DNA of 64,000 bases. Source: Malacoraja senta. Taxonomy: Eukaryota. The notes below the pieces were generated by a model. It saw only the letters and a list, made by a program, of their open reading frames with translations. It had not been told where the DNA came from and searched no databases. Position 1 is the stretch's first letter. Each line of letters starts with the position of its first letter. The position numbers and the translations under genes were made by a program. Shown here one piece after another: positions 37,817 through 51,699 of this stretch. Location: contig JAXLNO010000438.1 of assembly GCA_038087875.1 (NCBI GenBank), positions 558,001 to 622,000 on the forward strand, given 5' to 3'.

Positions 37817-37960
37817 AGGGCGGCACGGTACTGCAGTCATAGAGTTCCTACCTTACAGCGCTTGAGACCCACGTTCGCACCTGAACACGGGTGCTGTCTG
37901 TACAGAGTTTGCATGTGATCACTGCAAATCTATTTTTACGCTGTATCTCTAAACTAAACT
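37817..37960 (+). mobile_element. internally deleted tRNA-derived V-SINE/HE1-like SINE
   Basis: GGGCGGCACGGT..GCAG head, GGGTGCTGTCTGTACAGAGTTTG core and TATCTCTAAACTAAA tail, as in 40615-40878. Confidence 0.65.
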
Positions 37961-38019
37961 CACATCCACTGCAATGAAGTACTTTGAGAGGTTGGTCATG
38001 ATGCAAATCAATTCCTGCC

Positions 38020-38640
38020 TCAGAAATGACCTGGATCCACTTCAATTTGCCTATCGCACAACAGGTCAACAGCAGATGCTATTTGAGTAGTTCTCCACTG
38101 TCTGGATTGATCTGCATCACACAAACACAGGTTTCTGTTCATTGACGACAGCTCGGCATTCAACACTGCCTTCCCTTCTAAACTCATCACCCGACTCCAA
38201 GGCCTGGTCCTCTGTACCTTCCTTAGTAACTAAATGCTTGACCTCATCATCGGCAGACCTCAATTAATGCAGATTGGTAGCAACATCTCTTCCTCACTGA
38301 CCACCGACACAGGTACACCACGAGGCTGGTGCTAGCTTCCTGCTCCACTTTCTTAATTCCCGATACTGTGTGGCAAAGCTCTTGTGCCATCTATAAATTC
38401 ACCGATGACAACACTGTGGTTGACAGATTCATGGGTGGTGATGAGTTAACAAACAGGAAAGAGCTAGTCCACCTGGTTGTGTGGTGCTGCAACAAAAACC
38501 TCTCGCTTAATGTCACCCAGACCAAGGAACCTGTTGCCGACTTCAGAGAGAGGAAGTCAGGAGACCACATGGCAGTTTTCATTGGTGAGTTGGCAGTGGA
38601 GAAAGCTGCATGTGGCTTGCCGGGAGTCAAGAACTTTATA
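38020..38640 (+). mobile_element. decayed Rex1-type RT fragment
   Basis: DPLQFAYR, LFIDDSSAFNT, IYKFTDDNTVV, WCCNKNLSLNVTQTKE motifs. Confidence 0.8.
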
Positions 38641-40614
38641 GACTGTCCGCAACATGTTGAGATTCTCTAACACTTCACCCCATCTAACACTTGTCAGTAT
38701 GCCACGGGACTGGAGTTGGTTTAAAATAAAAGGCAGAGTTAAGTAGGTTTTCTTTGTTCCTCTTGACATCCCCCTGCAGATGATCTTTCCACACATGCTG
38801 GAAGGAACGTTTCTAAAACCTCCTCAGTTACAAATCTGCCCTTGATATGACTGCCCTTTTCTCTGAACCACAGCAGCTTTTGCAGCCCAGCCTTGCTGAC
38901 TGCCCCGGTAAACAAGAAGGCCATATCCCCACTCAAAGAGAACAAGGCATTTGTTATCACTGATGAAGAGCTGTTCATATAGTATTGATTTTTATTTTTG
39001 TCATTACTTGTCTCGGTGGACTTAGCTCAAGAACCTGTGGACACCACAAGCAAGCAAGAAACAGAGCTAAGAGCAGACTAAGAATGGCTACTATCTGGGC
39101 ATCAGTTGAGAATCGTTTTGGTAGGGGGTTTGGTTAGGATGGCATGAACAAAGGTCAAAAGCAGTTACAGTTTCAAGGGAGTGAAGCACAGCAATTGCCA
39201 TATCAAATGACTTTGGCAACGACAACTTGAAAGTATATAGCACCTTATCAATTAAGAAATAAATATTAAAAGCACAGAGAGAAGCACAAAATCCAGAGAA
39301 CTTGAAACTTTAACATAGTGCAAAGTTTATTTGCGCAACATGGTAGAATTCAACTGGACAACCAATCACTTTCTCACGATTTCTTTGACAAAAAATTGTC
39401 AGTCTACCATGGAAGTGCCAGACATATGCAGTGGCATTCATTGCACACAATGTACATTTGGATGTCTTCTTTTCTGCTCAATTGTGTGGCACATGAGCAA
39501 TGGTGTTTTGCACCAGCGGCATTTGCACAAAATTTACTTCATCAGAAGAATTACATCTTGAGAATTCCTGTTTGGTGTCAACATTTATTTTCCATTAAAA
39601 AATGATTTCCATCAATTATTTAGTGACCATAATAGTCTGTAAATATTCTGAAAGCTATTTTAAGAACAATTTGGAGTCATCAACATGTTGACCTCCATTA
39701 AATTCTGTACCTGCATTCAAATCCTCATCATTTACATGCAAACTTTAAGTATTTTTATTCATTTGGGGCATCTTGTGCCTTCATCGTTTAAGGCAACTCA
39801 TGTTCTCTTGTAAAACCACATCCTGCCTCTTAGTTCTAGACAATGTGAAACTCTAAGTCATTCAGCAAAACTTGCTAGAGTAACCCGCATTTTTAAAAAA
39901 CAGGCAGAATTACAAAACGGATATTTGAAGGTTGTCGGGGATAAGACCATGTTAAGTTATAATATGTGATTAAAAAGGACCAAGATGAGATGAAATGTAG
40001 TTAAGATTACAGAAGAATAATTAAACTAATAGCTTCTGATTCTAAACATAAATTATGCAAATTACCAGAAAGCTCCTCTTTCTGAATCATGCAAGGATGT
40101 AAAATTATAATTATACTCCAGGTCCCCAGGCTAAAACTCTAAAAACCATTAAAGATAAAGAAGTATCCTTTGCATGACTTTCTTCTGCTTTGCTATGAGA
40201 GATGGGGAAGGTAGATTACCATAATCAATTCATCTTTTTTAATGGGGTAACATTTTTCTCAAAATTTATCTTGAATGACTTTCTCAATTGCTGGTAAAAG
40301 CTTCCAGTTATCACAATGCATCTTCTCCATGAGTTTTATAACTCTACTATCGGTTTTATTGCACAGTATTTTCCTCTCTGTGGATCGTCATATTGCTGTG
40401 CTGGACAGCATTGCATTTTGCACTGACCCAAGGATAATGCTGTACAGAAATTATACTCTAGGTAGGGCCATCAATGGTGGTAAGGTTCCAGACAAAGATT
40501 GATCGCAAAAGCTGTCAGAGGCTGAAGAGGTGGTGAAAGATTGTGGACCTCATGGTTATGAAGCAGGAAGACTGCAAAATGCAAGTAACCACAGTCATTG
40601 GCTAGGGTGTTATC

Positions 40615-40878
40615 AGGGCAGCACAGTGTCGCAGTGGTAGAGTTGCTGCCTTACAGTGCCAGCGACCCGGTTTCGATCCTGACTATGGGTGCTGACTGTA
40701 TGGAGTTTGTATGTTCTCCCTTGGGTTTTCTCCGGATGCTCCGGTTTCCTCCCACACTCCAAAGACGTACAGGTTTGTAGGTAAATTGCCTTTGTTAAAA
40801 ATTGTAAATTGTCCCTGGAATGTAGGATAGTATTTGTGTATGGGGTGGTCTTTTTCCGAGTTGTATCTCTAAAGTAAA
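40615..40878 (+). mobile_element. tRNA-derived V-SINE/HE1-like SINE
   Basis: Pol III A-box-like GCAGTGGTAG and B-box-like GGTTTCGATCC, V-domain-like GGGTTTTCTCCGG..GCTCCGGTTTCCTCCCACACTCCAAAGAC, tail TATCTCTAAAGTAAA. Confidence 0.85.
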
Positions 40879-41409
40879 GCAATGTCATTGTGACCTGCCA
40901 TGCCATTGAATCTGGTCACCAAATACTATGTGTGGTCCGAATGCATATTAGACTAATACTAAATATGACAGTCAGATCCAATAGCCTTGTTGGAAGTTGG
41001 TGACATGGGCTAAAGTGTGATAACTGAAGTACTTCAACCAAATATCAGGCAGAGGCGCACTGGTTGTTAGGAGCCCATTACGGACTCTTTTGCCACCTTA
41101 AGGATCTGCCATGACTGATGGATGTTAAGGAACTGCCATTGCTGCCAGTAATACATAGAACCAATTATAAAATAACTTTTGTTTTCATTTGATTGCTCTT
41201 AGGAGGATTATAATTACACATTCATCACACCGTCCTGAAAAATGATCAGTACTAAAAACATCAAGTACTATGAAAAGAAAAGGCAATGAATAATAGTTAA
41301 AAGGTATATTTAAAAGTGCACTTTGCATTTATTCCAGGACTTCTGTTTTTGAAGGGAAAGAGAGCCTCTGATGAAATACATCCCTCTCCTTTAAGAGATC
41401 AGAAGAGAA

Positions 41410-41919
41410 GGGTTATAATTTTATACATTCTCAAGCTGTTCTGAGCTGTCAAGAGAAAATTGTGTTGATATGTCCTCCCATATTTTTCTCCATCCTTGCT
41501 TATGAGGCAGACGGGAGATTTCTGCCATCACTAGGTTTAACCAGCCAGCTGAAACCGACAGCTCACAGTGTGACAGGGATTCCTTGGGAGAACCCTTGTC
41601 ACAGTGACAAAGTACATGGCTGCAATTAGCATCTAGAAAGATTAATCATCCATAAAATGAATCCTAATTAAGAACAAATGGAGTTTGCAGTTCAATTCTT
41701 TAAAATAGCCTGAACTCTAATCAGAATGGTGACCAAATTTTCTATTTTTATTTATTATGTTCCCAATTTAAGTCATCTTATTATGTTCCTTACACATTTC
41801 AAAAGATAAGATATATTTAGGGTTATAATCTTATACATTCTCAACCTGCTTCCAGCTACCATGAGAAATGTGCCAATTTGTCATGCCATGTATTTCTCCA
41901 CCCTTTCCTTTCAGACAGA
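41410..41919 (+). repeat. diverged ~100-bp direct repeat (41410-41512 and 41820-41919)
   Basis: Both copies start GGGTTATAAT(T/C)TTATACATTCTCAA and stay similar for ~100 bp. Confidence 0.7.
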
Positions 41920-42962
41920 TCTCTTATTTTTTGATGTTAAGATTAAGAACATTTAAGGGATTTGCAGAATCTGAGAAAAATCAGAAATTCAGGCAAATCT
42001 TGAAAGACTAGTCAAGCAATTTTGAAAAGGACCAGTCAAAATAGTGGTACCCTGTGACTGAAAGATATTGTTAGTTCCTTGAAATATTATTAATATATCA
42101 ACAAAGATCTTTATTTTGCTGTTTTCTTCATTGTCTGTCAACTTAATCTTTGAGAAATATTTGCCTGAACATATAATTTGTACGCTATAGAAACAATAAA
42201 ACTCTCTTAGCTCTTAAATATGTCATCATGGTCTTTAAACAAAATTAGTCTGAATTGCTAAAGAATAATCTGTCATAAGAAAAAACTCCCACACCGGGGA
42301 AGCTGGGCTTAATTTGAACGTTGTGCTGCACGATTTAGTGGGCTTTAGTTCAAATGTCACTGAGTCAACTGTGAGATCTTCAAGAAGAATGTACTTTAGA
42401 CATTGCAAAAAACAATCGTACTCTTTGGGATTCTCAGACACCACCATAAAAAGAAAGACAACTCAAAAAATCAAATCTATCATACCCAATCACTCATTGT
42501 GACCATTATATTTACAGATTTCATTCCACAGTGCCAGCATTATTAATAGACATTCTAATCAGCAGCAATGAACGCGATGAAAGTTGTAATTCACAATGAA
42601 TTATAATGAATGGGTTATTCTTTGTGGCAAGGGTACACAGCCAAAGCCTATGGTCATTATATCCCTAATTGTTATCTCTCGTGCTGCCATTCTTGTGCTT
42701 AGCATGATTTTAAACAGCAACAAGGGCCCGAAGTTTCCAGTTGTAATAATAGTGAAACTGTCAGTGCTTGTTATCATTACTTCAGCCATCTGCACATGCA
42801 TAGTTAAACAGTGAAGTTTTTGGAACCCAATTTGAGAAATGGCATCAGAACTGCATACTGCACCTTTAACACCAGCACAAGGACAAATTTAGCAACAGCA
42901 CAAGGACATATTTCTAACCTACTGTCTTTTAGATGAGCTTTGAATGAGCCTTTGAGAATCCA

Positions 42963-43067
42963 GGGTAGACACAAAATGTTGGAGTAACTCAGCGGGACAG
43001 GCAGCATCTTTGGAAAGAAGGAAGGGGTGACGTTTTGAATCAAGACCCTTCTTCAGACTGATCTTGA
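42963..43067 (-). mobile_element. Penelope terminal-repeat insertion
   Basis: Family sequence on minus strand; 12-bp TSD TTTGAGAATCCA (42951-42962, 43068-43079). Confidence 0.85.
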
Positions 43068-44536
43068 TTTGAGAATCCAATTCCTTCCTACAGCATGAGC
43101 TGCCAGTGCTCTGGCTAATGTGTCTCTGCCTCTCAACCACAACCAACAAAACATTGTGGCCTAGACATTTTCTTGATTGGCTGCAATGTTTCACCATGCC
43201 AGGTAAATGAATATTAATAGAAAACAATCAATATGGCCGATTTCGGTCCTCCAACCGCATATTTCTTATGGAGCCCATTGGGCTGAGCATTGACATCAAC
43301 TGAGTACAACACTTGAATGAACTCCATGATATTCAATCTTTTTACAAAACTCCAGAGTGGTATGGATCTAATCTTAGATGATTGAGGTCTAGTTTGATGT
43401 TCGTGGTAAGTCTCACTCTAACTGTGATATTGCTTAGGAGTTTGAAGTTTCATCCTTAAGGATTGTTCTGACCAAGCCATTTCCTCTGGTTCATTCCCCA
43501 TAAATCTATATTAAATTCCCTCCATTCTAAGCATATTATCAGGCACTCTCATCACCACTATAAGCCCTCCAATGTTATTCATTCAATCATCTCCCCTGAC
43601 TCCACCCCATCATCTCTTTCCCACGCTAATCATTTCCATGTACCCTTATTCCAATCACCATTCATCTTCATGCAATCTTCTCCCTACCGACTTCTGTCTT
43701 TCTCACTGATCTCACCCTTTATCCCAACCTACCCTTAAAGGCTCCCTTCAGAACCTTAGTGTTGAAGGTCCCAGAGGAGAGGTCTATAAGTATGTATACA
43801 ATACTTGTTCTACAGTACACAAATCTGTAAGGAGCCAGGTGATAAATTATCAGACGGCTAAAACTGAGACATTTCTAGGTGTGCTGCTCATCATTCAATA
43901 ATTTGCTTTCCCATTAGTGGGATCTTTCCATTGATCATTTGTCTGCTTTGAGGGTTGACAGAATAATGACTGCATTGCAACATGTAATCACGAGCTGTAA
44001 AGCACCTGAAATACCATGAGAACATGATGAGATACCATACCAAAAATTCCACACTTTACTTCACAACCTCCTCATGCACGTTTACAAAATATTTCCTTGA
44101 AACAAACAGGTTATCTGCACGCACTGAGGAGCTTTCATTCATTTTCAAATACAACTTTTTAATGCCTTCAAATAAACAGAAATCTACATTTTCAAAAAGG
44201 CCACCGATCGCTGAAAATATCTATACATTGCCAAAAATCACTCAGTGTAAATTGCACTGGGGATTGTTTCCAGGTGAGATCACACCAAAACTGGAATTTG
44301 GACTTGCCAGTTTGTGAAGTCATAAGATTAGGTTGAAGGCATTCAACCAACTGCCCAGTTCAAGATACAAAATGGGCAATGGCTGACTTTACTCTGTTCA
44401 TACCAATTCAATGTGATCACTCTATTCTCATGCTATCCTACTCAAGGAATCCATTGTATCTAATACTAGCTCACCTGTTCAAGTGACTCTTCATCCCAGA
44501 AATTAAGGTTTCTAGAAAATAGATGGCCTAGGATAT

Positions 44537-45160
44537 ATCAGGGGTCTGATGATGGGTCTCAGCCTGAAATGTCACCTAGAGTCATAGAGTTATACAGTGT
44601 GGAAACAGGCCCTACGGCCCAACTCGCCCACACCAGCCAACAATGTCCCAGCTACCCTAGACCCACTTGCCTGCGCTTGGTCCATAACATTCCAAACCTG
44701 TCCTATCCATGTACCTGTCCAACTGTTTCTTAAACGATAGGATAGTCCCAGGCTCAACTACATCCTCTGGCTGCTTGTTCCATACACCCACCACCCTCTG
44801 TGTGAAAAAGTTACCCCTCTGATTCCTATTAAATCTTTTCCCCTTCACCTTGAACCTATGTCCTCTTGTCCTCGATTCCCCTACTCTGGGCCAAAAGACT
44901 CTGTGCATCTACCCGATCTATTCCTCTCATGATTTTGTTTCCTTCTATAAGATCTCCCCTCATCCTCCTACGCTCCATGGAATAGAGACCCAGCCTACTC
45001 AACCTCTCCCCATAGCTCACACCCTCCAGTCCTGGCAACATCCTCGTAAATCAATTCTGAACCCTTTCAAGCTTGACAATATCTTTCCTAATAACCTATT
45101 CCTTTTCTCCAGAGATGCTGCCTAATCTGCTGAGTTACTCCAGTATTTTGTGTCTATCTT
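44537..45160 (+). mobile_element. Penelope terminal-repeat insertion split by a nested CR1
   Basis: GGT-CTGATGA-T-GGGTCTCAGCCT-GAAA-TGTC-ACC at 44543-44576, continuing at ~45094; 13-bp TSD TGGCCTAGGATAT (44524-44536, 45161-45173). Confidence 0.8.
44578..45090 (-). mobile_element. CR1 3' fragment (second CR1 family)
   Basis: MLPGLEGVSYGERLSRLGLYSMERRRMRGDLIE and TRGHRFKVKG...FFTQRVVGVWN on minus strand. Confidence 0.9.
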
Positions 45161-45638
45161 TGGCCTAGGATATTTGGTCAAGTTCATCATTCAACCTTAC
45201 TTCAATCCTTTAGCCTCTCATGGAGTCCCTCACTCAAAGTGTACCATTCAAAACCTTTGAGGGTAAACAGCAAGCAGACAGAATTTCAAAGCATGAACTG
45301 AATTTATTGCAGTGGTCATACTCATTCCCCACTGAGTTTCACCACAGACATTGTGCTGGAGTGAGGCAATCCCTTTTAACTAAGAAGCCTCCCTCAGCAG
45401 TTGGCAGCAATCAAGTGTGATCTTCAGCCAGTATCCATACCAAGTGAAGCATCAGTCATATACAGGAATATCAGCAGCTGCCAAATGACTGAAAGATGGT
45501 CTGTGTACAAACTGAACCTGAAGATAAAAGTTACGTGTGATTGAAAATTACTTATAACAATATGAAATGAGAGAACATATTGACTGGAAATTATTACTGT
45601 TACTTTTCCAGATAAACACCTCATCTCTGTTATCTATT

Positions 45639-47343
45639 ATAAATAATCTGCCGGAAATAGCAGGGGGCCGCGGGTCAAAGGAGATGGAGGAACTGAGTGA
45701 AATCCAGGTTAGTCGGGAAGTGGTGTTGGGTAAATTGAATGGATTAAAGGCCGATAAATCACCAGGGCCAGATAGGCTGCATCCCAGAGTACTTAAGGAA
45801 GTAGCTCCAGAAATAGTGGATGCATTAGTGATAATTTTTCAAAACTCTTTAGATTCTGGAGTAGTTCCTGAGGATTGGAGGGTAGCAAACGTAACCCCAC
45901 TTTTTAAGAAGGGAGGGAGAGAGAAAACGGGGAATTACAGACCAGTTAGTCTAACATCGGTAGTGGGGAAACTGCTAGAGTCAGTTATTAAAGATGGGAT
46001 AGCAGCACATTTGGAAAGTGGTGAAATCATTGGACAAAGTCAGCATGGTTTTACGAAAGGTAAATCGTGTCTGACGAATCTTATAGAATTTTTCGAGGAT
46101 GTAACTAGTAGAGTGGATAGGGGAGAACCAGTGGATGTGTTGAATCTGGACTTTCAGAAGGCTTTCGACAAGGTACCACATAAGAGATTAGGATACAAAC
46201 TTAAATCACACGGTATTGGGGGTTCAGTATTGATGTGGATAGAGAACTGGCTGGCAAACAGGAAGCAAAGAGTAGGAGTAAACGGGTCCTTTTCACAATG
46301 GCAGGCAGTGACTAGTGGGGTACCGCAAGGCTCAGTGCTGGGACCCCAGCTATTTACAATTTATATTAATGATCTGGACGAGGGAATTGAAAGCAACATC
46401 TCCAAGTTTGCAGATGACACTAAGCTGGGGAGCAGTGTTAGCTATGAGGAGGATGCTAGGAGACTGCAAGGTGACTTGGATAGGCTGGGTGAGTGGGCAA
46501 ATGTTTGGCAGATGCAGTATAATGTGGATAAATGTGAGGTTATCCACTTTGGTGGCAAAAACGGGAAGGCAGACTATTATCTAAATGGTGGCCGATTAGG
46601 AAATGGGGAGATGCAGCAAGACCTGGGTGTCATGGTACACCAGTCATTGAAAGTAGGCATGCAGGTGCAGCAGGCAGTGAAGAAAGCGAATGGTATGTTG
46701 GCCTTCATAGCAAGAGGATTTGAGTATAGGAGCAGGGAGGTTCTATTGCAGTTGTACAGGGTCTTGGTGAGACCACACCTGGAGTATTGCGTACAGTTTT
46801 GGTCTCCAAATCTGAGGAAGGACATTATAGCCATAGAGGGAGTGCAGAGAAGGTTCACCAGACTGATTCCTGGGATGTCAGGACTTTCATATGAAGAAAG
46901 ACTGGATAGACTTGGCTTATACTCGCTAGAATTTAGGAGATTGAGAGGGGATCTTATAGAAACGTACAAAATTCTTATGGGGTTGGACAGGCTAGATGCA
47001 GGAAGATTGTTCCCGATGTTGGGGAAGTCCAGGACAAGGGGTCACAGCTTAAGGATAAGGGGGAAATCCTTTAAGACCGAGATGAGGAAAAACTTTTTCA
47101 CACAGAGAGTGGTGAATCTCTGGAACTCTCTGCCACAGAGGGTAGTTGAGGCCAGTTCATTGGCTGTATTTAAGAGGGAGTTAGATGTGGCCCTTGTGGC
47201 TAAAGGGATCAGGGGGTATGGAGAGAAGGCAGGTACGGGATACTGAGTTGGATGATCAGCCATGATCATATTGAATGGCGGTGCAGGCTCGAAGGGCCGA
47301 ATGGCCTACTCCTGCACCTATTTTCTATGTATCTATGTATCTT
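45639..47343 (+). mobile_element. young 5'-truncated CR1 with uninterrupted RT reading frame
   Basis: ORF 45567-47246 carries [35 protein letters not shown] through to the natural stop; near-identical to 36065-37771; tail (CTATGTAT)n. Confidence 0.95.
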
Positions 47344-50300
47344 CTGACCAACGTGCTGGGTTTCAATGTTATAATGACAATGCTGATGTCCCAGTCAAGC
47401 TGCTGGAAGGCTGCTCTCTTTCCCTTCAAAACCAGTCAGGTGACCCATGAGAAGCTCTCGCTGTAGATGTGCCAGCTTCAGACTGCTGCCCAGTGCCAAT
47501 GGAAGGAGCAGTCTGGGTGAATGTACTGGTAGTCAGGGTAAGGTGGGAGATAACTTGCTGACCCCATCAGGATGGACATCAATATACTGAGCCTCTCAGG
47601 GTCTGCCTAGACAATGGTGCATAAGCCTCAGACATCCAGTCCACACGATCAACATTTCTCCTTCCAAACCTGCTGAGTTGGTCAACACATAGGGATCTGA
47701 TCACTGCTGCCTTTGCCATTCTCCAGCTCAATATGCAATTAGTGCAGACTGTATAAGATGAAGATGTGTACAAAAGTAAACTGCAAATGTGTGGCATGAA
47801 TCTAAATGAAAAAAGATAACATCTTTAGTACTCTCGGTCTCACTTATTTGTAACTAATGAAATTTCTTAGTACCCGGCTCCTTTATGACTAGATTTTTAA
47901 ATCTGAAGGCGGCAATAGAGCCACTCCTAATGGTGCTGATGATTTCCTGAACCCTTGGTGCAAAAGCTTTCCCTTCTGGCTTGTATCTTGGTAAGGGGCA
48001 TCTCTATGTCTTTCTGTATAAATTATAGAATTTTTTTGCTTTCCTTTTTTTTTGTGCCACAGTGTGTACACTGCTCTCTGGCTGCCATGGGGAATCCATT
48101 TAACAGCCAATTCCCTTTGTTGATTGTTGCACTGCAAAGTTTCAACAACGGCTTCAAATGCCCAAACAGGAACCAAGCAGGTTATGTTTTAGTACTGATT
48201 TCTGGGTGGAAAACATGCAGACTCTGTTGAGCACTTGTTTTTGACCAATCTCAATTTTATAGGGAGACGCAAATGGGCAAGGGCATTAACATTTCCTAGG
48301 TAGAAATTTAAAACTAAATCCCAAAGATGGTCATCAAATGGTTCAATGAAGACTATTCCGTAAAAAACCCACTGGCTAGCATTTCAATTCTCAAGTGAAT
48401 CCAGATTAATCCGGCACTTATTTCCCCAGAAATTCTGATGGAGGACGTTATGAAAAGTACTGATAACTTAAGAAATGTACGATAACGATAGAAATACGCA
48501 TCAGCAATCGTTCTCCTTCTTTCGCAAATCCTCGTGACTAAATGAATTCAAGGTTTTGTTCATCCTGCCTTTTAGTTTTAAAAATCAATGTTCTTCCTAC
48601 AATCTTTTTTAAAAACATCCATTACATGTCAAATTATATTTGTACAACGGAGAGTGTGGGTCATGCCTAGGATTGTACTGAGAGCATTCAATTCAGTTTG
48701 GCCAACTTCTTGCTCCTCCCAATTCTCAGCAGCTCAAGACATATTTCTCAGAAAGACTATTCTCTAACCTCTCTCACTTCATATTCCTCTCCCTTCCTGC
48801 TTTAGCTCTTCCTTCAATACACAATTCTTCTTCACCTCTGCTCATCTATTGGAGGGATAATCTACTAGTCCAAATCCCGAAAGTGGAACCTGCATTGCGA
48901 TTTGTGATAGCCATGAAAATACTGAATTACATATATTCTCAGGCTTTAGTTTTAATTTTCACAGATCTGTTGATGAATACGATTTCTGATTTATGCAACC
49001 TTTTTTGTGTCCCTCAGATCTAATTGTACGTGGATGGTGCAAAATGAGCTGGAAAGATGTCTGCATAAACCATTGTTCACACCGTTTTTCATTGTTCATT
49101 GTTTTTCTTTTTAAGCTAAAAAAAGTGTTCTGACAATAAAAAGCAATTGAGAATTTTCATGTTATTTTATATCAAATTTCAAATCTTTATATATTATAAT
49201 GAAAAGATTTTATTGCAGGCATTTCTCACACTTGTATAAATTTACAGCTCCCTTTTGATCCAGAAAATGTGTTGTATCGTATTTAACAACAAAGCTGTCA
49301 TTAGATTCCTGAGAACTTTGGCAGTAGCCATTTTCAAGTAAAGTAGGGTAAGATGCAGCTTAACTTTGAGAGGGGTCAAATTCCATGCAAAAGACTGACC
49401 TAATTCTTCAGCAACCAGCCATTAATTCTTTGATGAAAGGACTGGCAAATAAAACTTCAATAGTTGCCAGGCAAAATATTAAATTCCTTTCGTATGTGTT
49501 GAAAGGTTGATTAATGCAAAGTTGACTGGTCAAGTTCAGTAAACTCCTATTTCTTACAGTCATACTTCACTGCAATTAAAAAATAAAATCTCTTCTCTTC
49601 TGCTATTCAATGAATGTTTAGAAATGTCTTCATGATTAACGCATGGCTATAACTCTGTAAACACCACTGAATGTCCAACCTATTAAAAGGAAGATGAATA
49701 TTTCAAGACGAGAAATTGAACAGTTACGAGGAGAAAACAAGAAGAATGCAGTTAAATGGATGGTCCTTTCACAAGGTTAGTACAAAAACAAAGGGCTTTT
49801 AGCATTGTGTGTGCTAAATTTATTCAAACTGCAACATTTTGGATGCAGTTCATCTTTATGACTTTTGGAAGACAGTTACCACTCACTAGAGAATTTTGAA
49901 AAAGCAGCAAATGGCGGTTATCAGTTGGCTAAACTATAGTTTGGCATTGTCATGGCGATATCCATAACGCTTCAGAAATGGAATCAACAGAATTCAACCT
50001 GCAATTGCAAAACTGTTGATTAAAAGATTTTTCGAAGAACAAAAAGGCACAGTGCTCTGAATACCTAGAACGAAAACGACAGATCAAGAAGTCAGTGAAA
50101 ATTTGCAGCTGGACGGAGGATCAAAGCATATTCATTTAATAAATATTAGCAAAATTCACAATGTATCAAATTTCCCCTGACATTGCTGAAGTAAGAAGTG
50201 CAAACGGAATGACTTTTGAATTACTAAATTTAGATTTATGCCAACAAATCTTTAACCAAAATAGATGCACATCTCTGCATACTGAGTCAGAAGTAATTAT

Positions 50301-51699
50301 TTAGGACAAAGTCATCTCTGGCACACTAAATGAATCTCGTAAGCGTGAAAGGTTTGCTGAGTGATACAATAAACATTCTTTCCAGCCAAATTTTAAATGC
50401 ACGTAATCTAATGCTAAGTTTCAGTAGATGAAGTTACACATTTCTGATGCTAAAATCTATCTGGAAATAAAAAGATGCAAAAGTGAAAAAATGTCTCTCG
50501 TGCTCATAATCCTTATTTCTAGCAGAACAAATAATGCCCTGCAAAAATCATGATTTATGTGAAAATGGCATGATGATCTGAAGCAAATAAACGTATTAAT
50601 CTCAGGTATTACAAGAAATATTAAGCATGTTGCAATTGCTAACAAGCCTGGCGATTGGAGATTGTGGTTAAATTTTATTTTTTCTTCATTTGTTCAACTA
50701 TAGCGACTTTTAATTCTGGGACACCCTGTTATGTTATATGTGGAATTGAATGACTGTGATAATAGAATGTCCAGAAGCTTCACATATTAGCAGAATGAAG
50801 GGAATACAGTCCACAATATATAAGAAGCAATGTTTACGTTTTTTAAATTAAGAAAATAGCACTTCCACAGTTTTCAGTGCACATAAGTCTAAAAACCTGC
50901 TTAACTTGCAAAATATATTCTAAGCTAAACAAAATCTTCCATCTTCAGTAAACATCCCTCATTTCTGAGCAGAACACTTGACTTTGCTTATACAGCATTG
51001 GGTCCTGAAATACACCATCTATTGTAGGTATTTGCAATTTGCATCATAGCTTACATCAGTGATGATATAGCCGGGAGAACTTACAGTGAACTTGTGGACT
51101 CAGTAGAATTGATGACTCAATTGATATCTATAGAAGCCATTAAGCAATTAACTTTGTGTGCAAATTTGCCCCAGTGTTATGTCCTTGCTATAAATATACC
51201 CAGGTTAGAGCATATCCATGTCAAAGGTTAACAGAAACAAGACACCTTTGTGCAATGTTCAGGTGTAAATTGCTCCAGTATACTCAGAATTAGAATGTTT
51301 AACAAGTATATGTACAGTAACAACATTTAAAAAAAAACATTTGAAGCCTTATCAGTGGGTGGCATAACAATTAGGAACTAGAAAACCTGCAGAGCAAATG
51401 TTTACATCACTCTGAAGATGCAATAACATCAATAATTTTATTTTTCATGGGGTTTACTGATGCAAAATATGAAGTTGAAAACAAAGATGATTACTTTAGT
51501 TATTACCTAGTCATCCAACAATGAGAAACATGGCTAAAAAGAAAGTGAAGTTGTGAGGCTCAAATACATACATTGATATACATAAACAGGCTTTTGCACA
51601 CATGTATAAGGTTACATATCACACAAGGGACGACAGACAAACTCCAAAGAAGGAAAGATCATTTATGGTCTGAAAGTGGTTTGGGAATGGCCAAACCTA

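Noticed and set aside
39318..39605. Two overlapping ORFs in unique DNA
   Set aside because: No motifs or convincing splice signals; length compatible with chance
40615..40690. tRNA gene
   Set aside because: tRNA-derived SINE head without a complete cloverleaf; continues into SINE core and tail (same at 63675)
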